Shown here: one piece after another, positions 35,101 to 44,694 of the stretch | Position numbering within the stretch: position 1 is the first letter of the stretch | Layout: each line of letters starts with the position of its first letter | Origin: Candidatus Zixiibacteriota bacterium | GTDB taxonomy: Bacteria > Zixibacteria > MSB-5A5 > GN15 > FEB-12 | Length of the DNA stretch: 64,000 bases | Direction of reading: 5' to 3' | Assembly: GCA_017999435.1 (NCBI GenBank) | Contig: JAGNLV010000001.1 | Span: 391,938 to 455,937 of the forward strand | The notes under the pieces: model-generated | Seen by the model: the letters and a program-made list of their open reading frames with translations, nothing else | Database searches by the model: none | What the model was told of the DNA's origin: nothing | Program-made: the position numbers and the translations under genes

Positions 35101-37395
35101 TCAGAAATTGTCGTGCAGGTCCTCGACCATCGCCGCCACTTTCTCCACCGTCGGCAGGCACGCCGCGTCGCCGTCCATGCCGTAGGCGACCCGGCTGTCG
35201 ATCGCGGTGAGCACCCGCAGCGGGGCCTCGAGGCTGTAGAGCGCCTCGCCGCCCGTGATCACGGCGGAGATCGTCGCCGCCATCCCCCCGTGGAACCGGT
35301 CCTCGGTCACGATACAGACCTTGCCGCACTCCCTCGCCGTCCGCCGAATCGCTTCCTCGTCCATCGGCTTGACCGTGCGGAGGTCGACGATTCGCACATG
35401 GATCCCCTTCTCCTTGAGCAGCTCGGCCGCTTTCCGGCAGATGTGCACGGTCGCGCCGTAGGTGATGATGCCGACGTCGCTGTGCTCTTCGTCGTACACC
35501 TTGGCCACCCCGAACGGAATCAGCTCGTCGATCGGCGGGATCGGCGTTTCCACCGGCACGCCTTCCCAGTCGCGCCGGTTGTAGATGGCCACCGATTCGC
35601 AGAACAGCACCGGATCGTCGCAGGCCCAGGCGGTCCGCAGCAGTCCGGCCGCGTCCCAGGCGTTGGAGGGGACGGCGATGAGGAGGCCGGGGATGTTCGC
35701 CCAGGTACCGAGGTTCCCCTCGGAGTGCCAGAACGCCCCCGCCCCCTGCTTGTAGCCGCCGTAGGTGGTCCGAATCACCATCGGCATCGTCCACTGTCCG
35801 TTCGAGCGCTGGTAGGTGGTGGCGATCCGCTCCTTAAGCTGCTGGTAGGCGGGGGACATGTAGTCGAGGAACTGGATTTCGGGAATGGGGCGGCGCCCCT
35901 GGTAGCAGTGGCCGATGGCCCGGCCGAGAATCCCCGCCTCGTCGAGCGGCGTGTTGAAACAGCGCTCGTTGCCGAACTCGCGCTGGAGATTCTTCGACAC
36001 GAGAAACACGCCCCCCTTCCCCTTCAGCGCCGCCTGCTTCTCCACCTCATGGATCATGTGGCCGGAGAAGTCGGCCACGTCCTCGCCGAAAAGGAGGACG
36101 TCCTCGGTCATGCCGAACAGGTCGAAGAGCGTGTAGTTGATCGCGAACCGCATCGTCATCGGGCCGATCGTCTCCGGCAGCTCGGGGGTGGCGAAGTACT
36201 TCTTCGCGTGGTACTCCCGGTACTTGGCGGCCCGGTCGACCCGGGACGCCTCCCGGTACTTCCGCCACGTCTCCTGCGTCTTGTCCCAGGTCGAAGCGTA
36301 GACCTTGCTCGCGATGAACTCCGTGGTCTTGGGACAATACCCCTTGACCGCCTCGCGCGACTGCTCCGAGACTTCCTTGTCCAGCTCGTCCCAGATCTCC
36401 CCGATTTCTTTCGGGGTGATGATCCGGTCGGCAATGAGCGTGTTGCAGGTTTTGAGAATGCAGTCGTTGTAGGTGTGCCAGTCCAGTTCGACCGGGTCCA
36501 TGTAGAACGACTGGTCGTCCGACCCGGAGTGCGAACCCTCGCGGGTGACGCGGATGTTGGCCAGCACGGGGCCCTGGCCGGACCGGGCGTAGGCCGCCAT
36601 TTCCTCGGCTCCCCGGATGGCCTCCTTGATCTCAGTGCCGTCGACCTGCATGATCTTCAGCCCGAACCGCTTGAACCCCTCGAAGGGGGTGGTCGGGTCC
36701 CCCTCGGGGAACTGCTCTTCGACCGACACCGAGATCGCCCAGCCGCAGTTGTAGATCGCGTAGATGTTGCGCGCCTTGTCGAACACCGAGTAGAAGACCG
36801 CCCGCGCGAACTCGTTGCCGCTGGTCGAGCCTTCGCCGATACAGCAGGTGACCACGGCGTCCTGCGGGTAGGCCCCGCCGGGGAAAAACGACTGGGCCGA
36901 AATCGGCAGCGGCCACTTGACCGCCGACCCGAGACCGGCCGCCTCGAGCGCGTGCGAACCGGTCGGCGAGGCCTGCGGGAGAATGGCGAACTGGGGGTAG
37001 GACGGGTGGGCGGGAATCTGCATCCCCCCCGCCTGTCCCCGGGCGTCGCCGATCGCCTCGAGCATTTTCTCCCGGATCGAAGCGCCGCGGTGCAGGTCGA
37101 AGGCTTTGTTTCGGTAGTAGCCGATCCAAGGGTCGTTCGGCCGCAGCGCCTCGGCCAGACACACATCCATCAGCTCCTTGCCGCCGCAGCCGATGAAGAA
37201 CCGGTTGTACCCTTTGCGCAGCAAGAGCTTCTCCTCGCGCTCGATGCGCCGCGCCAGAAGCATCGTCCGCAACATCCGCCGCAACTGCGCGGGCGTCTTC
37301 CCCGAATACTCCTCGAGCGGTTCGGTATCCTTGGGCCGCGCCCCCTTCCTGGGCTCGGCCTTGCGCACTTGTTCGATCAGAGCCAGGACTTCCAA
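35101..37395 (-). CDS. Fused E1 alpha-beta component of a 2-oxoacid dehydrogenase (TPP-dependent)
   Basis: The N-terminal half is E1-alpha-like (CIGEGSTSGNEFARAVF). The C-terminal half is transketolase-like pyrimidine-binding (FNTPLDEAGILGRAIG). No E2 or E3 gene is adjacent. Confidence 0.85.
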   Translation of the reverse strand: MEVLALIEQVRKAEPRKGARPKDTEPLEEYSGKTPAQLRRMLRTMLLARRIEREEKLLLRKGYNRFFIGCGGKELMDVCLAEALRPNDPWIGYYRNKAFDLHRGASIREKMLEAIGDARGQAGGMQIPAHPSYPQFAILPQASPTGSHALEAAGLGSAVKWPLPISAQSFFPGGAYPQDAVVTCCIGEGSTSGNEFARAVFYSVFDKARNIYAIYNCGWAISVSVEEQFPEGDPTTPFEGFKRFGLKIMQVDGTEIKEAIRGAEEMAAYARSGQGPVLANIRVTREGSHSGSDDQSFYMDPVELDWHTYNDCILKTCNTLIADRIITPKEIGEIWDELDKEVSEQSREAVKGYCPKTTEFIASKVYASTWDKTQETWRKYREASRVDRAAKYREYHAKKYFATPELPETIGPMTMRFAINYTLFDLFGMTEDVLLFGEDVADFSGHMIHEVEKQAALKGKGGVFLVSKNLQREFGNERCFNTPLDEAGILGRAIGHCYQGRRPIPEIQFLDYMSPAYQQLKERIATTYQRSNGQWTMPMVIRTTYGGYKQGAGAFWHSEGNLGTWANIPGLLIAVPSNAWDAAGLLRTAWACDDPVLFCESVAIYNRRDWEGVPVETPIPPIDELIPFGVAKVYDEEHSDVGIITYGATVHICRKAAELLKEKGIHVRIVDLRTVKPMDEEAIRRTARECGKVCIVTEDRFHGGMAATISAVITGGEALYSLEAPLRVLTAIDSRVAYGMDGDAACLPTVEKVAAMVEDLHDNF

Positions 37396-37657
37396 AAGTG
37401 CTAACCTCCTGAATGGCTATGTCTAAACATCGATTATCTTGGTCCGTTTAATCAATGTATTAACGCGGCCGCGGGCCGCCTGGTCCCCAAAAATATCGCT
37501 TTTTCGGGAAAAGGCAACCAAATTGGACATTTCCGGTCGGCGCCCGCCGCCCCTCCGGCCGCCCCCGGGGCGTGCGACTTTTCCGCTTGTGCCGGAGCGG
37601 CTTAAACGCTAGTATCCGCGTGACAACCCGATCTCCATTGGAAAGGAAGCCCCTCTC

Positions 37658-39679
37658 ATGCGAAAAGCCCCCCGTAAGTCTCCTTCCCGCAAGCGGCCGA
37701 TCGCGGCCGAGGACCTCTATCGCCTCCGCATCCCGACATCCGTGGCCATCTCCCCCGATGAGTCGCGCGTCGCCTACACCGTGGAGCGGATGGACAAGGA
37801 CGATCTCAAGTACTACAGCAACCTGTTTGTCGGCGACCTCCGCTCCGGCGCGCAGCGCCAGTACACCTTCGGCAAGACGGCCGACGGCTCGCCGCTCTGG
37901 TCGCCCGCCGGCGACCGCATCGCCTTCATCTCGACCCGCGACAAGAAGACCGGCATCTACCTCATCGGCGCCGCCGGCGGCGCCGAGCGGAAAGTCATCG
38001 ACCTCGACGGCGCCCTCGACAGCTTGCAGTGGGCGCCCGACGGCCGGCATCTCGTGTTCGCCCTCCGCTGGAACGACTCTCACTTTATCGAGAAAGAGGA
38101 GGACAAGAAGAAGCCGCCCGTTTTCCGCCACATCACGCGGTTGTACTACCGTCTCGACGGTTCCGGGTTCGTGCCGAAAGACCGTTTCCAGGTCTACACC
38201 CTGGATGTCGAGAGCGCGGCGCTGCGACGGGTGACCGGCGGACGGCGGGACAACACCCAGCCGGCGGTGTCGCCCGACGGCCGCTGGATCGCGTACATCT
38301 CCAACCGCCGCCCCGACCCCGATGTCGACATGCTCTACGACGATCTCTTCGTCATCCCGTTCGGCGGCGGTCGGGAGCACCGTCTCCCTACCCCGGCGGG
38401 CCCCAAGGCGGCGCCGAGCTTCTCCCCCGACAGCCGCCTCATCGCCTACATCGGCCACGACAATCCGCGCGACGCCTGGGGAGTGACCAACCACCACATC
38501 TGGACGGTCGGCCGCACCGGCTCCCCCAAAGCGGTCGACCTCATGCCGGCGTTCGATCGGATGGCGCTGGACATGACCATTTCCGACCTGGCCGAGGGGC
38601 ACGGCGTCGCTGTCCCCCGCTGGTCGCCCGACAGCCGGCGGATTTTCTTCATCGGCTCCGATACCGGCCGCACGAGTGTGTACTTCGTCCCCGCGCGCGG
38701 CGGCCAACCCACCCGCGTGTTCGACGGCAAGTGCCACGTGAAAGCGTTGTCCCTCGCCGCACCGGCCCGCACCGCCGCCATCATCTACTCCGATCTCGCG
38801 ACAGCGGGCGAGATCGTGACTTTCCCGGCGGTCCACGGCGGGGAGAAGCGGGCGGTGACCCGCACCGCTCTGAACCCCTTCCTCGTTTCCGAGGTGGTGC
38901 TGGGAAAGACGAAAGACCTCATGTTCAGGTCGTTCGACGGCACCGCGGTCCAGGGGTGGATCGTCTACCCGCCCGCTTTCCGGCCGAATCGGAAGTATCC
39001 CTCGATTCTCGAAATCCACGGCGGCCCGCGCATGCAGTACGGCTACACGTTCTTCCACGAGATGCAGTGGCTCGCCGCCCAGGGCTACGTGGTCTTCTAC
39101 ACCAATCCGCGCGGCGGGCAGGGGCGCGGCCAGACCTGGGCCGACGCGATCTCCGGAGGATGGGGCGGGCTGGACTACCAGGACTGCATGGCCGCCGCCG
39201 ACTTCCTCGCCGCACAGCCCTTCATCGACCCGAAACGCATGGGCGTCACCGGCGGCTCCTACGGCGGCTACATGACCAACTGGATCATCGGACACACGGA
39301 CCGCTTCAAGGCCGCCGTCACCCAGCGCTCGGTCGTCAATTTCATGTCCATGTACGGCGCCTCGGATATCGGCTGGTCGCTCGAGCGGGAGCTCGACGGC
39401 ACACCGTGGAACAACTCCGGCAACTATGAGAAGTGCTCGCCGATCACCTACTTCACGAACGTCCGCACCCCGGTGCTGATCCTCCACAATGAACAGGACC
39501 TTCGCTGCGGGATCGAGCAGGCCGAGCAGATGTTCACGATGCTCAAGCGTCTGCGCCGGACGGTCGAGATGGTGCGGTTCCCGGAGGAGCCCCACGGCCT
39601 CTCGCGCCACGGCCGGCCCGACCGCCGCATCGCCCGGCTCACCTGGATCGCCAGGTGGTTTGACAGGTATCTGAAGTGA
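37658..39679 (+). CDS. S9-family serine peptidase (acylaminoacyl/prolyl oligopeptidase-like) with an N-terminal beta-propeller
   Basis: PD40-like repeats (SPDGRWIAY, SPDSRLIAY, SPDSRRIFF), nucleophile motif GGSYGGYM, and a C-terminal acid/His region (HNEQDLRC ... EPHGL). Confidence 0.88.
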   Translation: MRKAPRKSPSRKRPIAAEDLYRLRIPTSVAISPDESRVAYTVERMDKDDLKYYSNLFVGDLRSGAQRQYTFGKTADGSPLWSPAGDRIAFISTRDKKTGIYLIGAAGGAERKVIDLDGALDSLQWAPDGRHLVFALRWNDSHFIEKEEDKKKPPVFRHITRLYYRLDGSGFVPKDRFQVYTLDVESAALRRVTGGRRDNTQPAVSPDGRWIAYISNRRPDPDVDMLYDDLFVIPFGGGREHRLPTPAGPKAAPSFSPDSRLIAYIGHDNPRDAWGVTNHHIWTVGRTGSPKAVDLMPAFDRMALDMTISDLAEGHGVAVPRWSPDSRRIFFIGSDTGRTSVYFVPARGGQPTRVFDGKCHVKALSLAAPARTAAIIYSDLATAGEIVTFPAVHGGEKRAVTRTALNPFLVSEVVLGKTKDLMFRSFDGTAVQGWIVYPPAFRPNRKYPSILEIHGGPRMQYGYTFFHEMQWLAAQGYVVFYTNPRGGQGRGQTWADAISGGWGGLDYQDCMAAADFLAAQPFIDPKRMGVTGGSYGGYMTNWIIGHTDRFKAAVTQRSVVNFMSMYGASDIGWSLERELDGTPWNNSGNYEKCSPITYFTNVRTPVLILHNEQDLRCGIEQAEQMFTMLKRLRRTVEMVRFPEEPHGLSRHGRPDRRIARLTWIARWFDRYLK

Positions 39680-39702
39680 TTCGGCGCCGTCCGAATGCTG
39701 CC

Positions 39703-39736
39703 AAGCCGTCGCCTCGCCCGAGGCGACGGCTTTTTT
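39703..39736 (+). terminator. Strong intrinsic terminator after the S9 peptidase gene
   Basis: Perfect arms AAGCCGTCGCCTCG / CGAGGCGACGGCTT followed by TTTTTT. Confidence 0.85.
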
Positions 39737-39924
39737 GATGGAACCGCTGCCGCCCCCGCCAACAGCGCATCAGTATACAGAATGCGCTCCCTGGACCTGA
39801 CCAAGGGGGCATGCACGGCTCCGGTCCCGCGCACGGCCTCGACAGTTTGTGCAGTATCTGAGAGCAAGGTGCGTTCTTCTCTGCATCAGCTCTTCTTGCA
39901 GCTCTCCCAACACTCGCTGTACCG

Positions 39925-41088
39925 CTAAAAGTACTGAAGTCGTTGCAGATGGCGGTCGGCCCCCGACGACATCGCTCCCCAGACGAGGCTGAGAGACAGC
40001 GCGTTGCCCGACAGGTCGCTTCCGCCGTGGGTGACGTAATCGACGATCGTGCAGCGCCACTGCAACCCCAAATACCGGGTGCAACCTCGGTCAAAGCAGA
40101 CCCGATGAGTGAAACCGAGCCCGAGCGCCGGAGAGTTGATCCATTCGGCTTCGTTGCGGCCGGTGCGCGAAACCGCCCTGATGCCGTCAAACCCGACCGT
40201 AGCGAACACGTCCGCGGACCACCGCCTTGCACGGATCACCTCGTATGCTGTCGAGCACCCGACGAACAAGCCCAGGAATTCCTTCGTTTGACGTATCTCG
40301 CCGCCTGCGCGCACTCGGTACGGTTCGCTTTCTCCCAGGAAGCGAGCAGCGAAATCCAACCCGCACTCCCACCTGTTGTCCCGGACCGCAAACTGACCTC
40401 CTACTTCGAGTTTGTTCCCGAGAACTTTGTTGCCTCCGACAGGTATCCAAATGCCGGTTCTGCCATAAACGTGGACTCGGCGCCGGTACCGTGTTTGAAG
40501 AAGGGCTTCGATGCTCGACGTGTAGGTGTCCTGAAGGCACGTGCCCGGCAGCTCGGACCGCGCCAGCCGCCGCAGAATGTATCGGACGTTGTCTACGTAG
40601 TACTGCAACTGCACAAACGCCGTGCTATTCGAATCCACACGGGTTTTCAAATCGTCGATGTACTGCGCAGTGAACTCGCTCCACTCGCGCACCGCCGGAA
40701 TCTGTGACAGGAGATGCTCATTGTAGCTCGGGTAGCGGACGGCCCCGTATCGGGAAAACCCCCACCAGATCTCGGCGATCATCTCAGAATCACACAAACA
40801 TTCATCGTATGTCCCATCGTCAATCGAAAGCAGCACCACGAGGTTGTCAAAACTTGCCTGCGGACACTTCTCCCTGACACCGGCGACAACCAGGCGCAGC
40901 GAGTCCGTCTTACCGTCCCAATATAGCCGTGGGATAACGCGGCGAGCATTGCGCTCCAAGTCCCAGCAATGCGCCAGGGAATCGGAGCGAGCCGCTGCCT
41001 CCCCGTGCTGCTGTACACTCTGATGCGCTCCCGCCTGCATCTGCAGCAGCAAAACACCTGCGGCAAGGATACCAACCGGCACGATCAT
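39925..41088 (-). CDS. Hypothetical exported protein with a beta-barrel-like C-terminal half
   Basis: N-terminal hydrophobic signal. The C-terminal half has an alternating hydrophobic pattern and ends ...LQRLQYF. Visibly lower GC than its neighbours. No family recognised. Confidence 0.5.
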   Translation of the reverse strand: MIVPVGILAAGVLLLQMQAGAHQSVQQHGEAAARSDSLAHCWDLERNARRVIPRLYWDGKTDSLRLVVAGVREKCPQASFDNLVVLLSIDDGTYDECLCDSEMIAEIWWGFSRYGAVRYPSYNEHLLSQIPAVREWSEFTAQYIDDLKTRVDSNSTAFVQLQYYVDNVRYILRRLARSELPGTCLQDTYTSSIEALLQTRYRRRVHVYGRTGIWIPVGGNKVLGNKLEVGGQFAVRDNRWECGLDFAARFLGESEPYRVRAGGEIRQTKEFLGLFVGCSTAYEVIRARRWSADVFATVGFDGIRAVSRTGRNEAEWINSPALGLGFTHRVCFDRGCTRYLGLQWRCTIVDYVTHGGSDLSGNALSLSLVWGAMSSGADRHLQRLQYF

Positions 41089-41127
41089 GCCGTACCCCTC
41101 CTTCTGCTGTAACGGCTTGCTATGCCC

Positions 41128-42024
41128 CTACCCCACCGCACAGGCCAGCACGATCGAGTAAAAGACCGTGTCCGCCCCGTCCCCCGCCAGCGGCATCGCC
41201 ACCGGCACGCGCCCCCCGACCAGAACGCCGCCCATCTGCGCCCGGCCGCACAGTGCCATCGCCTTGTAGACCCCCTGGGCGGTCTCGATGTTGGGCGCGA
41301 GCATGGCGTCCGCCCGCCCGGCCACGGCCGAATTCCGGATCCCCTTGCTCTCGGCGGCGGCCGGATCGACGGCGCAGTCAAACGACAGCGGGCCGTCCAC
41401 GTGCGCCCCTTTGATCTGTCCGCGCTCCGCCATTTTCGAGAGAACCGCCGCTTCCAGCGTCACCGGCATCTGCGGGTAGACCACCTCGACCGCCGCCAGG
41501 ACCGCCACCCGGGGCGTCTCGATGCCCACCCGCCGCCCGACCCGCACCAGGGTCTCGATCAACGCCGCCTTCAGCTTCAAGTCCGGCTGCGGGTGGGCGA
41601 GCGCGTCGGTGAGCAGAAAGGCCCGCGCGTATTTCTCCGGTTTGATCATCGCCACGTGCGCGGCCGTCCCGCCCGGGCGAACCAACCCTGCCCCTTCCGC
41701 CAGCAGAACCCGGAGGATGTCGGGAGCGTCGCCGCCGCGGATGACCAGGTCGATCTCGCCGGCCGCCGCCATCCGCGCCGCCGTGCGCGCCGCCTCTTCG
41801 GCGGTCGCGGCTTCCACCCGCCGGATCCCACCGAGGGTGCATCCCGCGTCCGCCTCGGCTCGCGCGATCTGCCGAAAATCGCCGATCACCGCCGGCGCGA
41901 TCAAACCCGCCGCCACGGCGCGCCCGCAGGCGGCGATGACTTCGCCCCGGCCAGGGGCAATCACCGCCGCTCGGAGCGCCCGACCGCCGAGCCGCGCCTG
42001 TGTCTGTGTGACAACCTGCTCCAT
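41128..42024 (-). CDS. Phosphate acyltransferase (PTA_PTB family), divergent paralogue
   Basis: Collinear similarity to the adjacent ptb gene (...LLTDALAHPQPDLKLKAALIE...VDGPLSFDCAVDPAAAESKGI...). Confidence 0.75.
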   Translation of the reverse strand: MEQVVTQTQARLGGRALRAAVIAPGRGEVIAACGRAVAAGLIAPAVIGDFRQIARAEADAGCTLGGIRRVEAATAEEAARTAARMAAAGEIDLVIRGGDAPDILRVLLAEGAGLVRPGGTAAHVAMIKPEKYARAFLLTDALAHPQPDLKLKAALIETLVRVGRRVGIETPRVAVLAAVEVVYPQMPVTLEAAVLSKMAERGQIKGAHVDGPLSFDCAVDPAAAESKGIRNSAVAGRADAMLAPNIETAQGVYKAMALCGRAQMGGVLVGGRVPVAMPLAGDGADTVFYSIVLACAVG

Positions 42025-42030
42025 CGCCGC

Positions 42031-42984
42031 TCAGCTCTCCCACACTCCCTGTTGCGCGTAGTAGTCGGCCAGCAGACAGGCGATCGCAAGCGAGGCCTTT
42101 TTGTTGGTCGCCGTGTCGGTGCGCGACACAAGCGACACCGGCGCCTTGGCCCCGACAATGACCCCCGCGAATACCGCCCCGGCGAAATTGACCAGGGCTT
42201 TGGCGACCACGTTGCACTCCTCGATCGTATCCACCAGGAAAACGTCGGCGTCGCCGACCACTTCGCCCGCCATGCCGTGCCGCTCCGCCGCTTCCTTCGA
42301 CATGGCCGCATCGAGCGTGAGCGGCCCCTGGATGACGACGTCGCGAAACCGCTCGACCGCGCGGGGGATCACGTAGTCGAGATCGGAGAGGCGCTGCGGT
42401 GCGCCCTCGCCCGGCGTCTCGGTCGCGCCCGACACGGCCACTTTCACCGGCGCCAGTCCCAGCGCCCGTCCCACCCGCACCGCGTTTTCGAGAATTTGCA
42501 GTTTCTGGTCCGGCTCCGGCTTCACCACCATCCCCCCGTCGGTCAAATTCAGCAGTTTGTGGTAGCCGGGGATGTCGAGCACCGCGCAGTGCGAGAGCGT
42601 GTTGGGGCCGCGCAGGTCATAGGCCTTGTCGAGCACCACCTTCAGCAGGGCCGAGGTCGGGAGAAACCCTTTCATGATCGCGTCGGCCCGCCTCTCGGAG
42701 GCGAGGCGGGCGGCGCAGTGGGCCGCCTGGCCGGGATCCGGCATGTGCACGATCTCGCAGCCGCCCAGGTCGAGCCCGTGTTCGCGGGCCAGCGCCCGGA
42801 TCTTCGCCTCGTCCCCGATCAGCACGGCCTCGATCATGCCGGCCGCACGGCACTGCGCCGCCGCCTCGATCACGTCGGCGTCCTGCGCCGCCGCCACGGC
42901 CACCGTTTTCCGGCGCCCTTCGCGCGCGATCGCGATCGCGCGCTCGATCAGCGCCCCGGACGAATGTATCGGGATCATCTCCAT
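42031..42984 (-). CDS. ptb: Phosphate butyryltransferase
   Basis: Typical PTB pattern (AIMKGFLPTSALLKVVLDK...LSHCAVLDIPGYHKLLNLTDGGM...IQGPLTLDAAMSKEAAE). Confidence 0.8.
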   Translation of the reverse strand: MEMIPIHSSGALIERAIAIAREGRRKTVAVAAAQDADVIEAAAQCRAAGMIEAVLIGDEAKIRALAREHGLDLGGCEIVHMPDPGQAAHCAARLASERRADAIMKGFLPTSALLKVVLDKAYDLRGPNTLSHCAVLDIPGYHKLLNLTDGGMVVKPEPDQKLQILENAVRVGRALGLAPVKVAVSGATETPGEGAPQRLSDLDYVIPRAVERFRDVVIQGPLTLDAAMSKEAAERHGMAGEVVGDADVFLVDTIEECNVVAKALVNFAGAVFAGVIVGAKAPVSLVSRTDTATNKKASLAIACLLADYYAQQGVWES

Positions 42985-43006
42985 ACCGTCACCCCGGACC
43001 CGGCCC

Positions 43007-44074
43007 TCAGTACTCCTTCAACGGCTCCCTCCCGCTCAGGAAACGCACGCCCGCGGCCGCCAGCGCCTCCATTTCGAATTCCCCCGGCACGATGCGGAAC
43101 TCGCCGAGGAACCCGGCGTAGCGCCGGATTTCGCCGCACAGCCGCGCCGAGTGGGCCATCCCGCCCGTGAGAATGATCGCGTCGAGCTGCCCCTCGAGCG
43201 CCACCGCCGCCACCCCGATCTCCTTGGCGATCTGGTAGGCCATGGCGGTGAAATACCGCAGCGCCTTCTCGTCCCCATCCTCGATCCGCTTCTCCACCGC
43301 CCGCAGGTCCGACTCCCCGATGTAGGCGGCCAGACCGGAGTGCTTCGACAGCTTGTCGATCATCTCCTTCTCGGTGTACTTCCCCGCGTAGCACAGCCGG
43401 ACCAGTTCGCCGATCGGGAGGGCGCCGGCCCGGTCGGGGGAGAACGGCCCCATGCCGAGAAGGGCGTCGTTGACGTCGATCACCCGGCCGCCGCGGAGCG
43501 CGGCGACCGAGACCCCGCCCCCCATGTGGCAGGCCACGAAAGCGGCCGTCGCCAGCGTCATGCCCATCTTCTCCGCCTCCCGCCGGCTGACTTCCTTGAT
43601 GTTGAGCGCGTGCACCCGGCACTTGCGCTCGATCTCGGGCACGCCCGAGACGCGCGCAATGTCGGTGAAATTGTCAACCGTGATCGGATCGGCGATGAAC
43701 GCCGGCACGCCGTAGCGGAGCCCCAGGTGGTGGGCGATGAGGCAGCCGAGATTGGAGGCGTGGTTGGAGTAACGCATGGTCCGAACATCGTCGAGCATCT
43801 GCGGCGTGATCCGGTAGGAGCCTCCCTCGAGCGGCCGCAGCGGTGCGCCGCGTCCGACCACCGCCGCGATCTCCCCCGCCGCGAGGCCGAGGGCGGCGAT
43901 CCACGGATCGATCGTCTCCATGCGGAAAGCGAACTGCTCGGCCACGTTGTCGAACGCGCGCAGCCGGGCCGGGTCGTGGCGGACCGTCTCCTCGGCCAGC
44001 CGCCGGTCCCCTTCAAAGAGCGCCACCTTCGTCGAGGTCGACCCCGGGTTGATTATCAGCAGTTTCTCAGCCAT
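43007..44074 (-). CDS. buk: Butyrate (short/branched-chain acyl) kinase
   Basis: N-terminus KLLIINPGSTSTKVALFEG, then ACHMGGGVSVAA, and a 355 aa length. Confidence 0.9.
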   Translation of the reverse strand: MAEKLLIINPGSTSTKVALFEGDRRLAEETVRHDPARLRAFDNVAEQFAFRMETIDPWIAALGLAAGEIAAVVGRGAPLRPLEGGSYRITPQMLDDVRTMRYSNHASNLGCLIAHHLGLRYGVPAFIADPITVDNFTDIARVSGVPEIERKCRVHALNIKEVSRREAEKMGMTLATAAFVACHMGGGVSVAALRGGRVIDVNDALLGMGPFSPDRAGALPIGELVRLCYAGKYTEKEMIDKLSKHSGLAAYIGESDLRAVEKRIEDGDEKALRYFTAMAYQIAKEIGVAAVALEGQLDAIILTGGMAHSARLCGEIRRYAGFLGEFRIVPGEFEMEALAAAGVRFLSGREPLKEY

Positions 44075-44089
44075 CGGCCTGCCCGCCGC

Positions 44090-44692
44090 CTAGGCGTGGA
44101 CGGGCGCGAGCTTCACCGCCCGGCCCCGGTCGAACGCCGCGAGGTTGACCGGCACGAACTTCTCCTTCACCCGCGCCCGGATCGCCTCTTTCCAGAGGTC
44201 GAGATCGAAGGGGAGGTAATTCGACAGCACGCCCAGCAGAATGGTGTTCACCAGCCGCGGGTTGCCGAGTTCGCCGGCGATCTTGTCGGCCGGGACGCCG
44301 ATGACGCGCCGGGCGACCTTGCGCATCGCGCCGATCGCGTCTTTCGGGTACGTGAATTCCTTCGACGAGGTCACGATCGCCGGGATGAGCGTGGTCTCCG
44401 AGACGATCGCCACGCCGTCCCCCTTCATCCAGTCGACCGCGCGGAGCCCTTCGGCCTGCTCGAACGCCATGACGACGTCCGCCTGGCCGTAGCCGATTGT
44501 CGGCGAGTAGACTTTGGGCGCGATCTTCACGTGCGAGCTGACTACCCCGCCCCGCTGCGACATGCCGTGCACCTCCGACTTCTTGACGTCGAATCCCGCC
44601 TGCATGGCCACCTCCGAGATGATCTCGGAGGCCAGGAGCACGCCCTGGCCGCCCACCCCGACAATGAGTATGTTGAACCGGTCGTCCGCCAT
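44090..44692 (-). CDS. iorB: Indolepyruvate/2-oxoacid:ferredoxin oxidoreductase beta (gamma-like) subunit
   Basis: Starts MADDRFNILIVGVGGQGVLLASEII. The ATG at 44692 lies 2 nt after the iorA stop. The ORF-track start at 44941 would overlap iorA. Confidence 0.85.
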   Translation of the reverse strand: MADDRFNILIVGVGGQGVLLASEIISEVAMQAGFDVKKSEVHGMSQRGGVVSSHVKIAPKVYSPTIGYGQADVVMAFEQAEGLRAVDWMKGDGVAIVSETTLIPAIVTSSKEFTYPKDAIGAMRKVARRVIGVPADKIAGELGNPRLVNTILLGVLSNYLPFDLDLWKEAIRARVKEKFVPVNLAAFDRGRAVKLAPVHA

Positions 44693-44694
44693 GG

